Origin: Pseudomonadota bacterium
GTDB lineage: Bacteria > Pseudomonadota > Gammaproteobacteria > Burkholderiales > SG8-39
Direction of reading: 5' to 3'
Length of the DNA: 64,000 nt
NCBI GenBank assembly: GCA_031376265.1
Contig: JANMDK010000353.1
Coordinates: forward strand, 16,193 to 80,192
Part shown: positions 10,980-24,495 of the stretch, piece after piece
Numbering within the stretch: position 1 is the stretch's first letter
Layout: each line of letters opens with the position of its first letter
Notes under the pieces: model-generated
The model's input: only the letters and a program-made list of their open reading frames with translations
What the model was told of the DNA's origin: nothing
Databases searched by the model: none
Made by a program: the position numbers and the translations under genes

Positions 10980-11843
10980 CTAAACTGCCGCTGCGCCGCC
11001 GACGATCTCCGAAAGCTCTTTGGTGATCGCCGCCTGGCGCGACTTGTTGTAGATGAGCTGCAATTCGCCGATCACGTTGCCGGCGTTGTCGCTGGCCGCT
11101 TTCATCGCGACCATGCGCGCGCTCTGCTCGGAGGCGATGTTCTCGGACACCGCCTGGTAGATCAGCGCCTCGATGTAGCGCGTGAGCACCTGGTCGATGA
11201 CGACCTTGGCATCGGGCTCGTAGAGGTAATCCCACAAGCCTTCGGGCGCCCCCATCTTCTCGCCCGAGAGGGGCAGGAGCTGCTCCATCACCGGCTCCTG
11301 CTTCATCGTGTTGAGGAACTTGGTGTAGAAGATCACGAGGCGATCGAAGCGGTCTTCCGTGTAGCCGTTGAGCATCACCTTGACCGCGCCGATGAGCTTG
11401 TCCATGTGCGGCGTGTCACCCAGGCCGATCACGTGCGACACCAGGTTGGCCTTGAGGCGCTGCATGAAGCCGAAACCCTTGTTGCCTATGGCGCAGACCT
11501 CGAACTGCTCGCCTTCGCCTTCCCACTCGCGCATCCTGGCCAGCGCCATGCGCAGCACGTTGGTGTTGAGGCCGCCGCACAGGCCCTTGTCCGACGTGAC
11601 CACGATGATGCCGACCTTCTTGACCGAATCGCGCTCGGTGAGGAACGGGTGCCGGTATTCCGGGTTGGCGTGGCTCATGTGGGCCGCGACGTTGCGGATT
11701 TTTTCCGCGTAGGGGCGCGCCGAGCGCATGCGCTGCTGTGCCTTCCTCATCTTGGAGGCGGCGACCATCTCCATGGCCTTGGTGATCTTGCGCGTGTTTT
11801 GCACGCTCTTGATCTTGGTGCGGATTTCCTTGCTGCCGGGCAT
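10980..11843 (-). CDS. atpG: F1 ATP synthase gamma subunit
   Basis: 287 aa. Gamma-type ends: N-terminal [25 protein letters not shown] and C-terminal [15 protein letters not shown]. Confidence 0.97.
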   Translation of the reverse strand: MPGSKEIRTKIKSVQNTRKITKAMEMVAASKMRKAQQRMRSARPYAEKIRNVAAHMSHANPEYRHPFLTERDSVKKVGIIVVTSDKGLCGGLNTNVLRMALARMREWEGEGEQFEVCAIGNKGFGFMQRLKANLVSHVIGLGDTPHMDKLIGAVKVMLNGYTEDRFDRLVIFYTKFLNTMKQEPVMEQLLPLSGEKMGAPEGLWDYLYEPDAKVVIDQVLTRYIEALIYQAVSENIASEQSARMVAMKAASDNAGNVIGELQLIYNKSRQAAITKELSEIVGGAAAV

Positions 11844-11873
11844 CGCGTGATCGCCTCTTAGTACGAGCCGAGG

Positions 11874-13418
<1,545 letters not shown>

Positions 13419-13479
13419 GGGGTTTCCGATCTGAAAGTGGTGTGTAGGGTGCTGGCGCTGAGCGACGAAAAATGCGGGC

Positions 13480-14013
13480 TCAGCTGCCCATCAATCCTGC
13501 GTTCATTGCGTCGAGCTTGCCGCGCACGGTGCCGTCGATGACCTGGTCGCCGACGCTCACCCGGGCGCCGCCGATGAGTTCCTTGTTGACGCTCACCTGC
13601 GGACGCACCTTGCGCTTGAAGCGGCGCTCGAGGTCGGCCACGAGCGATTCGAGCTCGCCGGACTGGAACGGGAAAGCTGTTTCGACGATTGCATCGACGG
13701 CGCCTTCGCGCTCGGCCTTGAGGTGCTCGAACTGGTCGCGCACCGCCGGCAGGGCTTCGAGGCGGCGATTCTCGGTCAGCATCTGGAGCAGGGCCTTGGT
13801 CTCCGCAGGCACATCGCCGGAGGTCGAAAACAAATCGACGAACTGCGCCGCGGTGACCTTGGGATTGCCGAGGATCTGGGCCATTTCGGGCGCCTGCGCG
13901 ATGGCCGCAAGCTGGCCGAGCGTGTCGGACCATTGCGAAAGCGACCCCGACTTGTCGGCGAGCGCAAAGAGCGCTTCGGCGTAGGGTCGGGCGATCGTTG
14001 CAGTCTCGGCCAT
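13480..14013 (-). CDS. atpH: F1 ATP synthase delta (OSCP) subunit
   Basis: 177 aa. N-terminal [11 protein letters not shown] and operon position. Confidence 0.95.
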   Translation of the reverse strand: MAETATIARPYAEALFALADKSGSLSQWSDTLGQLAAIAQAPEMAQILGNPKVTAAQFVDLFSTSGDVPAETKALLQMLTENRRLEALPAVRDQFEHLKAEREGAVDAIVETAFPFQSGELESLVADLERRFKRKVRPQVSVNKELIGGARVSVGDQVIDGTVRGKLDAMNAGLMGS

Positions 14014-14017
14014 CCGC

Positions 14018-14488
14018 TCAGAGCTCTTTCTTGAGCTGCGTGAGCAGGTCGGAGTGCGACTGGGCGTTGACCTCGCGGCGCAGGATCTTTTCTGCCCCGG
14101 CGACGGCGAGCGAAGCGACCTGCTCGCGCAGCGTTTCGCGCGCGCGGGACACGTCCTGCTCGATTTCGGCCTTGGCGACGGCTTTCTCGCGGCCGCTTTC
14201 TTCCTTGGCCGCGGACTTGGCCGCTTCGATCATCTGCGAGGCGCGCTTTTCTGCCTGCGCGAGGATCTCGGCGGCGCGGGTGTGCGCAGCCTGGATCTCC
14301 TCGTCGGCCTGCTTGGCCGAAGTCTCGAGCGACTTCTTGCCGAGCTCGGCGGCGGCAAGGCCGTCGGCGATCGTTTTCTGCCGCGCCTCGATCTTAGTAA
14401 GCATCCACGGCCACAGGAATTTAATCGAGATACCTATAAACACTAGGAATACGATGGCCTGAGCAAATAGAGTGAGGTTGATGTTCAT
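14018..14488 (-). CDS. atpF: Fo ATP synthase subunit b
   Basis: 156 aa. N-terminal TM helix followed by a long charged helix, in the expected operon position. Confidence 0.95.
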   Translation of the reverse strand: MNINLTLFAQAIVFLVFIGISIKFLWPWMLTKIEARQKTIADGLAAAELGKKSLETSAKQADEEIQAAHTRAAEILAQAEKRASQMIEAAKSAAKEESGREKAVAKAEIEQDVSRARETLREQVASLAVAGAEKILRREVNAQSHSDLLTQLKKEL

Positions 14489-14524
14489 AAATACCTTCTC
14501 TCGGGAATTGCCGACGCGCGCTAT

Positions 14525-16005
<1,481 letters not shown>

Positions 16006-16039
16006 CGGATTCGTTCTGTCGCATCGAGCAAACCCGTTG

Positions 16040-16069
16040 ATTGTAATTGTCCTTGGGGTTTACAGTCAA
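16040..16069 (-). promoter_or_regulatory. putative sigma70 promoter of the atp operon
   Basis: On the minus strand: TTGACT (16069-16064), 18-nt spacer, TACAAT (16045-16040). It sits about 35 nt upstream of atpI. Motif-based only. Confidence 0.45.
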
Positions 16070-16103
16070 TCCGCGCCGCGGTGCAGCAACGGGTGCGGCG
16101 CGC

Positions 16104-16961
16104 TCAGCGACGGCCTAGTTTTGCGATCAGTTCGTCGAGGTGCTCGAAGCTCGAGTAATGCAGGATCAACTTGCCGGTGCCTTTGCGGCCCGCCTTGATT
16201 TCCACTGTGGTGCCGATCTTCCCCGCGGTCTCCTCCTCGAGCCGCGCGATGTCGCGGTCGACCTTCTTTCGACGTTGCGGCGCGTTGTCCCCCTTGATCC
16301 ACTGCTGCGTGAGCGCTTCGGTTTCACGCACGGAGAGGCCGCGCGCCGCCGTGCGATTCGCCGCCTCGACCTGGCGTGCGCCGTCGAGCGCGAGCAGCGC
16401 GCGCGCATGGCCCATTTCGAGCACGCCTTCCATCACCATCGCCTGGACCGGGCGTGCGAGGTTAAGGAGGCGCAACAAGTTGCTCGCCGCACTGCGCGAG
16501 CGGCCCACCGCATCGGCGGCCTGCTGGTGAGTCATCTTGAACTCCTGCACCAGGCGCTGCAGGCCGGCAGCTTCTTCCATCGCGTTGAGGTTCTCGCGCT
16601 GGATGTTCTCGATCAGCGCCATCGCCAGGGCGGCTTCGTCGGGCACCTCGCGCACCAGCGCAGGAATCTCGTCGAGCCCGGCCATCTGCGCCGCGCGCCA
16701 TCGCCGCTCGCCGGCGATGAGTTCGTACCGGTCGCGCTCGACCGGGCGCACCAGCACCGGCTGCATGAGACCCTGCGTTTTGATCGACGCGGCGAGTTCC
16801 GCGAGCGCCTCCTGGTCCATCTTCGTGCGCGGCTGGTATTTGCCGGGACGGATCCGGTTGACCGGCAGCGTCATCAGCGAATCCTTGCCGGGAGCGTCGT
16901 CGCTGCCGCCGAGGAGCGCCTCCAGCCCGCGCCCCAATCCCTTTTGCTTGTTCATGGCCAT
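16104..16961 (-). CDS. parB: chromosome partitioning protein ParB
   Basis: Start MAMNKQKGLGRGLEALL at 16961. ParB box LIENIQRENLN. The longer ORF to 17177 overlaps parA and is rejected. Confidence 0.95.
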   Translation of the reverse strand: MAMNKQKGLGRGLEALLGGSDDAPGKDSLMTLPVNRIRPGKYQPRTKMDQEALAELAASIKTQGLMQPVLVRPVERDRYELIAGERRWRAAQMAGLDEIPALVREVPDEAALAMALIENIQRENLNAMEEAAGLQRLVQEFKMTHQQAADAVGRSRSAASNLLRLLNLARPVQAMVMEGVLEMGHARALLALDGARQVEAANRTAARGLSVRETEALTQQWIKGDNAPQRRKKVDRDIARLEEETAGKIGTTVEIKAGRKGTGKLILHYSSFEHLDELIAKLGRR

Positions 16962-16965
16962 GTCC

Positions 16966-17733
16966 CTATGCCGCCGAGGGTGCAAGGATTTCGTCGGCGA
17001 GCGCGAGGTAGGCCTGCGCCCCCTTGGAAGCGCGGTCCCACACCACTGCGGCCATGCCGTAGCTCGGCGCTTCGGCCAGGCGCACGTTGCGGGGCACCAG
17101 CGTCCTGAAGACCTTGTCGCCGAAATGCTGCTCGAGCTGCGCGGAGACCTGCTGCGAAAGCGTATTGCGTGGGTCATACATCGTGCGCAGCAAGCCGCCG
17201 ATTTCGAGCTGCGGGTTGAGGTTGGCGCGCACCCGCTTGATGGTGCCGACGAGATCCGACAGTCCCTCGAGGGCGTAGTACTCGCATTGCATCGGGATCA
17301 GCACCTCGCGCGCCGCAACGAGCCCGTTGATCGTGAGCAGCGAGAGCGAGGGCGGGCAATCGATGAAGATGAAGTCGTAGTCGGCCTCGACATTCGCAAG
17401 CGCCGCTTTGAGGCGGCCTTCGCGGTTCGGCAAGTCGACCAGCTCGACTTCGGCGCCGGCGAGTTCGCGGTTCGCCGGCAGCAAATCGTATTTGCCGGAT
17501 TCGGAAAAAGTGCGGATCCCGGCCACCTCGCCCAGTCCGAGCAGGACCTGGTAGACGGTGCGCGAAATGGACTTCTTGTCCACGCCGCTTCCGGTCGTCG
17601 CGTTGCCCTGCGGATCGAGGTCGACGAGCAATACGCGCTTGCCGCTTGCCGCGAGGCTCGCCGCGAGATTGACGCTCGTCGTGGTCTTGCCGACGCCGCC
17701 CTTTTGGTTGACGACTGCGATCAGGCGCGCCAT
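16966..17733 (-). CDS. parA: chromosome partitioning ATPase ParA (Soj)
   Basis: Deviant Walker A VVNQKGGVGKTTT. 255 aa. Confidence 0.95.
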   Translation of the reverse strand: MARLIAVVNQKGGVGKTTTSVNLAASLAASGKRVLLVDLDPQGNATTGSGVDKKSISRTVYQVLLGLGEVAGIRTFSESGKYDLLPANRELAGAEVELVDLPNREGRLKAALANVEADYDFIFIDCPPSLSLLTINGLVAAREVLIPMQCEYYALEGLSDLVGTIKRVRANLNPQLEIGGLLRTMYDPRNTLSQQVSAQLEQHFGDKVFRTLVPRNVRLAEAPSYGMAAVVWDRASKGAQAYLALADEILAPSAA

Positions 17734-18360
17734 CTAGGCACCCCCATTGCAGAGGACGAGATGACGCTCGCCGTCGACATGCGGCACGATGAGCTTGTGC
17801 ACCGTGTCGCATTGAAAACCGCTGGGCACGCGCGCGATTTCGTCATGCGGATAGAGGCCCTTCATCGCCGCAAAATAGCCGCCGGGCTTGACCAGGTGGC
17901 GGCATGCGGCGATGAAATCTGCGAGTTCTGCAAAGGCGCGCGAGATGGCCCCGTCGAAGCGGGCCACCGGCTGCCACTCTTCGGCGCGGCCGACATGGAC
18001 AGCGACATTCTTCAACCCGAGCTCGATGATGGCCTGCTGCATGAACGCGCCTTTTTTGTGATTGCTGTCGTTTAGCGTGACCTGCAATTCCGGCCGGGCG
18101 ATCGCGAGCGGGATCCCGGGCAGGCCGCCGCCGGCGCCGACATCTACGAGCGAGCCTGCGCGAATGTGCGGCAGGACGGCGAGCGAATCGATGAGGTGGT
18201 GACTCACCATGCGTTCCGGCTCGCGGATTGCGGTGAGGTTGTACGTGCGGTTCCACTTCGCAAGCAGTTCGACATACGCGAGAAGCTTGCGTGAGGCATC
18301 TTCCGGCAGGACAAGGCCGAGTCCGTTGAGTCCTTCGGCCAGGGTTGCCGCGGGTGTCAT
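17734..18360 (-). CDS. rsmG: 16S rRNA (guanine527-N7)-methyltransferase
   Basis: SAM motif [19 protein letters not shown] overlap with the mnmG stop. Confidence 0.93.
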   Translation of the reverse strand: MTPAATLAEGLNGLGLVLPEDASRKLLAYVELLAKWNRTYNLTAIREPERMVSHHLIDSLAVLPHIRAGSLVDVGAGGGLPGIPLAIARPELQVTLNDSNHKKGAFMQQAIIELGLKNVAVHVGRAEEWQPVARFDGAISRAFAELADFIAACRHLVKPGGYFAAMKGLYPHDEIARVPSGFQCDTVHKLIVPHVDGERHLVLCNGGA

Positions 18361-20249
18361 GCGGACTTCTTCTGGTCGGCGAATCCGCGCTTGAGATGGA
18401 CCAGCAAGAGCGAGATCGCCGCCGGCGTCACCCCCTGCATGCGGGCTGCCTGGCCGATCGTTTCCGGCTTGTAGCGGTTGAGCTTCTGTTGTACTTCGCG
18501 CGAAAGTCCGCGGACGTTCTGGTAGTCCAGATCGCCCGGCAGCCTGAGCGAGCCTTGCGCTTCGCGCCGCTCGACCTCCGACTGTTGGCGAGTGATGTAG
18601 CCCGAGTACTTGGCCTGGACCTCGACTTGCTCGGCGATCTCCTGATTACCCACCGAAGGCCCGGCCTCCGGAAGCGTCATCAGAGAGTCGTAGCTCACGC
18701 CGGGGCGCCGCAAGAGATCGGCGAGCGTGTATTCGCGCTCGATGTCCTTGCCCAGGACACGCTCGGCGTCCGCGGCGGGCAATGTCCTCGGATTCACCCA
18801 GGTCGACTTGAGGCGCTCCTGCTCTGTGGCAATGGCGTCCCGCTTGCGGCTGAAAGCGTCCCAGCGCACGTCGTCGACGATGCCGAGCGCTCGGCCGATT
18901 TCTGTCAGCCTCAAGTCAGCATTGTCTTCCCTCAGCATCAGCCGGAACTCGGCGCGGCTGGTGAACATGCGATAGGGCTCGGAGACGCCGCGGGTGATCA
19001 GGTCATCGACCAAAACGCCCAGATAGGCCTCATCGCGACGCGGGCACCAGGCCTCCTTGCCTTGCGCCTGCAGCGCCGCGTTGAGGCCGGCCAGCAGGCC
19101 TTGCGCGGCCGCTTCCTCATAACCCGTGGTGCCGTTGATTTGGCCGGCAAAGAAGAGCCCGGGGATCGACTTGGTTTCCAGTGAAGCCTTGAGGTTACGC
19201 GGATCGAAATAGTCGTACTCGATCGCATAGCCCGGACGCAGGATGTGAGCGTTCTCCAGGCCTTCGATGCTGTGGACTAACGCCAGCTGGACATCGAAAG
19301 GCAGGCTGGTCGAAATTCCATTGGGGTAATACTCGTGCGTCGTCAACCCCTCGGGCTCGAGGAAAATCTGGTGGCTTGCCTTGCCGGCGAACCGGTGGAT
19401 CTTGTCCTCGATGGAAGGGCAATAGCGTGGCCCCACGCCCTGGATGACGCCGGTAAACATCGGCGAGCGGTCGAGGCCGCCGCGGATGACCTCGTGCGTG
19501 CGCTCGTTGGTATGGGTAATCCAGCACGGCAGCTGTGCCGGGTGCATCTCGCGCTTTCCGAGGAAAGAGAAAACGGGCTCGGGCGTATCCCCGGGCTGCT
19601 CCTGCATGCGCGAAAAGTCGATCGTGCGACCGTCGATTCTCGGCGGCGTGCCCGTCTTGAGCCGGCCCACTGGAAGATCCATCTCCCGGAGTCGAGCCGC
19701 CAGGGTGATAGCCGCCGCATCCCCAGCGCGGCCACCCTCCTGGGTTTGCAGGCCAATGTGAATCAGGCCTGCCAGGAACGTCCCGGTCGTGAGCACTACG
19801 GTATTGGCGCGGAATTCGATGCCGCCTTGGGTCTTCACCCCGGCAACGACCCCGGCTTCGAGGACGATATCGTCCACCGCCTGCTGGAACAGCGAGAGGT
19901 TCGGCTGGTTCTCGAGCCGCCGCCGGATCGCCGCGCGGTAGAGCACCCTGTCTGCCTGGGCCCGGGTCGCGCGCACAGCCGCTCCCTTCGACGAATTCAG
20001 GGTGCGAAACTGGATCCCCGCCTCGTCGGTGGCCAGGGCCATGGCGCCGCCCAAGGCATCGATCTCGCGGACAAGGTGACCCTTCCCGATCCCCCCAATC
20101 GAGGGATTACAGGACATTTGGCCCAGCGTTTCGATGCTATGGGTGAGGAGTAGCGTGCGCGCGCCGGTGCGCGCGGCCGCCAACGCGGCTTCGCTGCCGG
20201 CGTGACCGCCGCCAACCACAATCACGTCGAAATCAGTGTGATACCGCAT
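18357..20249 (-). CDS. mnmG: tRNA uridine 5-carboxymethylaminomethyl modification enzyme MnmG (GidA)
   Basis: 630 aa. FAD fold [15 protein letters not shown] with GidA-like sequence throughout. Confidence 0.97.
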   Translation of the reverse strand: MRYHTDFDVIVVGGGHAGSEAALAAARTGARTLLLTHSIETLGQMSCNPSIGGIGKGHLVREIDALGGAMALATDEAGIQFRTLNSSKGAAVRATRAQADRVLYRAAIRRRLENQPNLSLFQQAVDDIVLEAGVVAGVKTQGGIEFRANTVVLTTGTFLAGLIHIGLQTQEGGRAGDAAAITLAARLREMDLPVGRLKTGTPPRIDGRTIDFSRMQEQPGDTPEPVFSFLGKREMHPAQLPCWITHTNERTHEVIRGGLDRSPMFTGVIQGVGPRYCPSIEDKIHRFAGKASHQIFLEPEGLTTHEYYPNGISTSLPFDVQLALVHSIEGLENAHILRPGYAIEYDYFDPRNLKASLETKSIPGLFFAGQINGTTGYEEAAAQGLLAGLNAALQAQGKEAWCPRRDEAYLGVLVDDLITRGVSEPYRMFTSRAEFRLMLREDNADLRLTEIGRALGIVDDVRWDAFSRKRDAIATEQERLKSTWVNPRTLPAADAERVLGKDIEREYTLADLLRRPGVSYDSLMTLPEAGPSVGNQEIAEQVEVQAKYSGYITRQQSEVERREAQGSLRLPGDLDYQNVRGLSREVQQKLNRYKPETIGQAARMQGVTPAAISLLLVHLKRGFADQKKSA

Positions 20250-20305
20250 GCGCCGGAAACGGGAGACGAACCAGGAACCTTCGGGGAGGCGTCATGATAC
20301 GTGAA

Positions 20306-20321
20306 TGTTTCACGTGAAACT
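20306..20321. promoter_or_regulatory. parS site (ParB centromere-like site)
   Basis: TGTTTCACGTGAAACT matches the parS consensus TGTTNCACGTGAAACA at 15/16 positions. The inner 14 bp GTTTCACGTGAAAC is a perfect palindrome. Confidence 0.8.
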
Positions 20322-20350
20322 AGGCAACCTCGGTCTCCTCCTTGCTTGGC

Positions 20351-20366
20351 GGTTCCACGTGGAACA
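20351..20366. promoter_or_regulatory. parS site (ParB centromere-like site)
   Basis: GGTTCCACGTGGAACA matches the palindromic parS form TGTTCCACGTGGAACA at 15/16 positions. The inner 14 bp is a perfect palindrome. Confidence 0.8.
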
Positions 20367-20517
20367 CGGACATCGAATTTCGAAATCTGGCCATATTTTA
20401 GCGTCGTTACCGTAAGTAACTACTGGCTCTCGTTTAAGAATCAAAACCACGATGGCTTCGCGAGGCGATCTCTACCATCATGCGCATCCCTACCCCGGTC
20501 CAAGGTACCGAGCCCGC

Positions 20518-21657
20518 ATGAAGATCACTGACGTCATTACGCATCAGCTGTCCTGCAACGTTGAAACGCCGTTCACCTCCTCCCGGGGCTGGTGGTACAA
20601 AACCAAGGGCGCTCTTGTCGTTGAGATCGTCACCGACGAAGGACTCATCGGCTGGGGCGACTGCTATGGGCCTTCCGCAGTGGCCAAGAGCGTGGTGGAC
20701 ACGTTGCTCAAGCCCTCGGTGATCGGCCGCGATCCGTTCGATGTCGAAGTGATCTGGGAAACGCTCTACAACAAGGTCAAGGATTACGGTCTGACCGGCA
20801 TGACGATCTCGGGCATCAGCGGGATCGACATCGCGCTCTGGGACCTCATCGGCAAGGCGACCGGCAAGCCGATCCACAAGCTGATCGGCGGAGCATTCCG
20901 CACCGATCTCACGGCGTACGCGACCGGCATCTACTTCACCGACATGAACCGGCTCACCGAGACGGCCGTCGAAGAGGCGCTCGGCTACAAGGAGCAAGGC
21001 TTTCCCGCAGTGAAAATGAAGATCGGCCTGGGCTCGATGAAGAAGGACCTGGCGCGGATCCAGGCCGTGCGCGAGGCGCTGGGCCCGGACATCCTCCTGA
21101 TGGTCGACGCGAACCACTGCTACAACGTGCCCCAGGCAATCCAGATCGGGCGCGAGATGGAGAAGCTCGGCATCCACTGGTTCGAGGAGCCGGTCTCGCC
21201 CGAAGACCTCGACGGCTACGCCGAGGTCTCACAGGCGCTCGACATGCAGGTCGCTGGAGGCGAGAACGAATTCACCAAGTTCAGCTTTCGCGAAATCATC
21301 AACCGCCGGGCGATGGACATCGTGCAACCCGATGTGTGCGCGGCGGGCGGCATCACCGAATGCAAGAAGATCGCCGCCCTGGCGCAGGCGCATTGGGTCC
21401 AGTGCGTACCACACGCGTGGGGCACCGCGATCGGGCTCACCGCGACGATGCATTTCCTCGCTTCGCTGCCGGAGTGCCCTCCCTGCCTGGTGCCGCAGCC
21501 GCCGATGCTCGAGTATGAGCAAACCTATAACCCGTTTCGCGAAGAACTCGGCGGCAACGTGTTCAGCCACAGCAAGGGAATCGTCAAAGTGCCGCAGGGG
21601 CCGGGGCTCGGGATCGAGATCAACCGCGAGATCCTGCAGCGCTACAGGGTGGCCTAA
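20518..21657 (+). CDS. mandelate racemase/muconate lactonizing enzyme family (enolase superfamily) protein
   Basis: Start MKITDV at 20518. Metal-ligand context MVDAN, FEEP and AGGENE. 379 aa. The substrate cannot be inferred. Confidence 0.85.
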   Translation: MKITDVITHQLSCNVETPFTSSRGWWYKTKGALVVEIVTDEGLIGWGDCYGPSAVAKSVVDTLLKPSVIGRDPFDVEVIWETLYNKVKDYGLTGMTISGISGIDIALWDLIGKATGKPIHKLIGGAFRTDLTAYATGIYFTDMNRLTETAVEEALGYKEQGFPAVKMKIGLGSMKKDLARIQAVREALGPDILLMVDANHCYNVPQAIQIGREMEKLGIHWFEEPVSPEDLDGYAEVSQALDMQVAGGENEFTKFSFREIINRRAMDIVQPDVCAAGGITECKKIAALAQAHWVQCVPHAWGTAIGLTATMHFLASLPECPPCLVPQPPMLEYEQTYNPFREELGGNVFSHSKGIVKVPQGPGLGIEINREILQRYRVA

Positions 21658-21770
21658 ATACGGGTGAAGCAGCGCCAGATTGCCAAAAGAGACAAAGCCG
21701 CCGCACTAGCTGCCGGGATACTTTCTAGAGATTTGCCACGCCGAGCAACGACGCGGCAGAGGAGTAAAAG

Positions 21771-24332
21771 CTACTTGCCGCGACCGGCGGTGCGATCGGT
21801 CTTGATGCCGTTCTTCTCGGCCATCGAGTAGTACTTGAGCGATTCGCCGTAGTCCTTGGCGACATCGCCCTTGCCTTCGGCGAAAATGTCGCCCAGCGCC
21901 TTGGCCGCCTCGAATTCGCCCGCCCGGATCGCGCGGACATAAAGCCGAACGGCCTGCTTGATATTGCCGGACGACTCGGCGGCCTTGCCCTGCTGGAATA
22001 GCGGGATGGCAGGCGCAACCGGCGTTGCGGAGGCGCCGGGATCGGTGAGATTCGGGGAAACGCTGGCCAACTGCTCGCCGCCGCCACCGGATTTCGCCTC
22101 AACCGCGGGCACGCCACGAGCCTCGTTGGCCTTCCTTGCGGCTTCTTCCTCCTTCATTGCCAGACGCTCAGCCGCGCCCATCGCCATGCTCTTGGGCTTG
22201 GGGGCTTCGGTAGGCGGCTTGGCCACGGCTGTTGGCGTGACCGGAGTCACTGCCGCCTGCTTCGCCGCGGCTGCTTTGTCCGCCGCCGCTCTGTCGGCTG
22301 CAGCGGCGGCCACTTTGTCGGCTTCGGCCTTATCTGTCGCCGCGCGCGCTTTGTCGGCCGCGGCACGCTGGTCGGCGGCCACCTTGTCGACTGCAGCCTT
22401 CTCGGCGGCGAGCTTGTCTGCCTTGGCCTTGTTCTCGAGGTCGGCTTTCTTCTGCGCCTCGCTGTCCTTGGCTTTCTTCGCCGCTTCTTCGGCTTTCGCC
22501 ACCGCGGCCTTGGCCTCGGCTTCCTTCTGCTTCACGAGCTCGGCCTGCTTGGTGAGCTCGGCCTCGCGGCGCTTGGTTTCCTCGGCCAGCTGCGCCATCT
22601 TGACCTGGTCACCCGAGGCCTTGGCTTCCGCCTCGCGCTGACGCGCGAGCTCGAGTTCCTTGGCCGCGGCCTGTTCGCCTTGCCGGGCCGAAATCAATTG
22701 TTCGTTAGACTTCTTTGCGACCTCGAGGGCCGCCATCAACGCTTCTGTATCGGGCTTGCGCGTCGCGAAATAGATCCCGCCGCCGCCGATGGCCGCCACG
22801 ATGAGGCCGATTGCGATCGGCACCAGCGGCGAGCCCTTTTTCTTCCTGAGGTCGCTCGAGAGCTTGACCGTCTCGGCCTCTTTTTTCTTCAGCTCTTCCT
22901 GGATGCGCGCCTGCTCTTCTTCCTGTTTCTTCAGCTGGATCTGAAGGTCGGCTTCGCGCTTGGCGAGCTTGGCCTCGAAAGCCGCTTTCTCCGCGGTCTC
23001 CTTTTCGATACGGATCTTGGCTTCGGCCGCCTGCTTGGCCTCGAGGTCGGCCGAGCGCTTCAGGTATTCGGCTTCGCGCTTGGCGAGCTCCTCTTCGAGC
23101 TTGGCTTTTTCCTCGGCAAGCTTGGCCTTGACCTCTGCCTCACGGCGGGCGGCTTCTTCGAGCTCGCGCTTTTCAAGCTCCGCAGCGGCAAGGCCCTTGG
23201 TTGCGGTGTCGTCGGCCACCCCGCGCAGCTTGGCGCTCTTCCTCTTGGCCAGCGCCGCGTAGATGCCGTCGGGGAACTGCTTGACGTAGAGGTCGAAGTC
23301 GTCGGCGTCGTTGCCGTCCTTGATCGAGCGCCAGAACTCGAGCTCGACTTCCTGGGTGCCGGTCTGGCCGGTGCCGGTGCCGGAGGCGCCCGCGGCGGCG
23401 CCCGCGAGGGCGGCCGGGGGCAAGGGGGCATCAAACGCGAGCGAGCCGACGATCGTCTTGTCGCTTTCGTCGGTGGTGGCCTTGCCTTCGAGCGCATTCT
23501 TGAGGTCGCCGCCCAGGTCCCGCGCATTCTGGTAGCGCTGGGTCATGTTCTTCGCCAGCGCCTTGGCGATGATTGCGTCGAACAGCGGCGAGATATTGGT
23601 ATTCAGCCGCGACGGCATGACCGGTTCGTCCTGGAGGATCTTCTTCGCGATCGTCCAGGTGCTGGTGCCGGTGAACGGCTTCTCGCCAGTGAGGAACTGG
23701 TAAAGGATGATGCCGGCCGAGAAAATGTCCGTGCGCCGGTCGATCTCGCCGCCTTCGATCTGCTCCGGCGACATGTAGGCCGGCGTGCCGACGATCGCAC
23801 CGGCCTGCGTCTTCTCGGACGCGGACCGGTCCGCGTCCGTGATCCGCGCGACGCCGAAGTCCGCGAGCTTCACGCGACCCTTGTTGTCGATCATCACGTT
23901 CGCGGGCTTGATGTCGCGGTGGATGATGCCGGCCTCGTGCGCGAAGTGCAGCGCCTCGCAGAGCTCGCCCATGATGTGGACGGCTTCCTTGATGTCGAAG
24001 CGCTCGTTCGCGTCGAAGAAGTCCTTGAGCTCCTTGCCCTGGATGAACTCCATCACGATGTAGGCAACGTCGCCCTCGGCGCCGAAGTCGTACACCTGCA
24101 CGATGTTCGGGTGGTTCAGCCGCGCGACCGCCTGGGCCTCACGATCGAAACGCATCGTGTATTCGCGCGCCGTGTCTTCGTCGAGCGCGCTCTTGAGAAT
24201 CGTCTTGATTGCGACCTTGCGATGCAACCGCGGATCCATGCCCGCATACACGACGCCCATCGCACCCTTGCCTAGAACGGCCTGGATGTCGTAGCGCCCG
24301 AGTGTCTTTATGTCAGCGGGGGGTGCAGCCAT
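21771..24332 (-). CDS. membrane-anchored Hanks-type Ser/Thr protein kinase with long coiled-coil/low-complexity regions and a C-terminal Sel1-like repeat
   Basis: Kinase motifs GKGAMGVVY, VAIK, HRDIKPAN, DFG and TPAYMSPE. One TM helix PLVPIAIGLIVAAIGGGGIYFA. Flanking E/K/A-rich heptad-like sequence. C-terminal AAKALGDIFAEGKGDVAKDYGESLKYYSMAEKNG. Start taken at ATG 24332, with AGGGAA upstream. Confidence 0.85.
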   Translation of the reverse strand: MAAPPADIKTLGRYDIQAVLGKGAMGVVYAGMDPRLHRKVAIKTILKSALDEDTAREYTMRFDREAQAVARLNHPNIVQVYDFGAEGDVAYIVMEFIQGKELKDFFDANERFDIKEAVHIMGELCEALHFAHEAGIIHRDIKPANVMIDNKGRVKLADFGVARITDADRSASEKTQAGAIVGTPAYMSPEQIEGGEIDRRTDIFSAGIILYQFLTGEKPFTGTSTWTIAKKILQDEPVMPSRLNTNISPLFDAIIAKALAKNMTQRYQNARDLGGDLKNALEGKATTDESDKTIVGSLAFDAPLPPAALAGAAAGASGTGTGQTGTQEVELEFWRSIKDGNDADDFDLYVKQFPDGIYAALAKRKSAKLRGVADDTATKGLAAAELEKRELEEAARREAEVKAKLAEEKAKLEEELAKREAEYLKRSADLEAKQAAEAKIRIEKETAEKAAFEAKLAKREADLQIQLKKQEEEQARIQEELKKKEAETVKLSSDLRKKKGSPLVPIAIGLIVAAIGGGGIYFATRKPDTEALMAALEVAKKSNEQLISARQGEQAAAKELELARQREAEAKASGDQVKMAQLAEETKRREAELTKQAELVKQKEAEAKAAVAKAEEAAKKAKDSEAQKKADLENKAKADKLAAEKAAVDKVAADQRAAADKARAATDKAEADKVAAAAADRAAADKAAAAKQAAVTPVTPTAVAKPPTEAPKPKSMAMGAAERLAMKEEEAARKANEARGVPAVEAKSGGGGEQLASVSPNLTDPGASATPVAPAIPLFQQGKAAESSGNIKQAVRLYVRAIRAGEFEAAKALGDIFAEGKGDVAKDYGESLKYYSMAEKNGIKTDRTAGRGK

Positions 24333-24495
24333 TAATGGTTTCCCTGAAACCTCGTGTGGCCAAGGCGGGCGCGCGCCGCAACCGCGGGCCAGCGCCTCCA
24401 CTTCGAACCGCAATGATTCACCACTTTAGCGGATTTCGCCACCCCCGAAAAGGTCGCCGGCGCGGCGCGAGCACCCGCAGCGTGACGGATTGCGT

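Noticed and set aside
16962-17177. Long N-terminal extensions offered by the ORF track (parB to 17177, Bug to 979, glpD to 9056, dnaA to 38909, dnaN to 40485, atpE to 14851, def to 49762, LysM to 49744, DUF4390 to 52450, STK to 24413, pckG to 33909)
   Set aside because: Each extension overlaps an upstream gene, terminator or intergenic regulatory DNA. Each has non-protein-like composition and precedes an internal start that matches the conserved family N-terminus and has a plausible RBS.
20250-20517. E. coli-style oriC next to gidA/mnmG
   Set aside because: There is no sequence within one or two mismatches of TTATCCACA in this gap. The conspicuous CACGTG palindromes match parS, not DnaA boxes. 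The gene-orientation switch is at rpmH|dnaA, not here.
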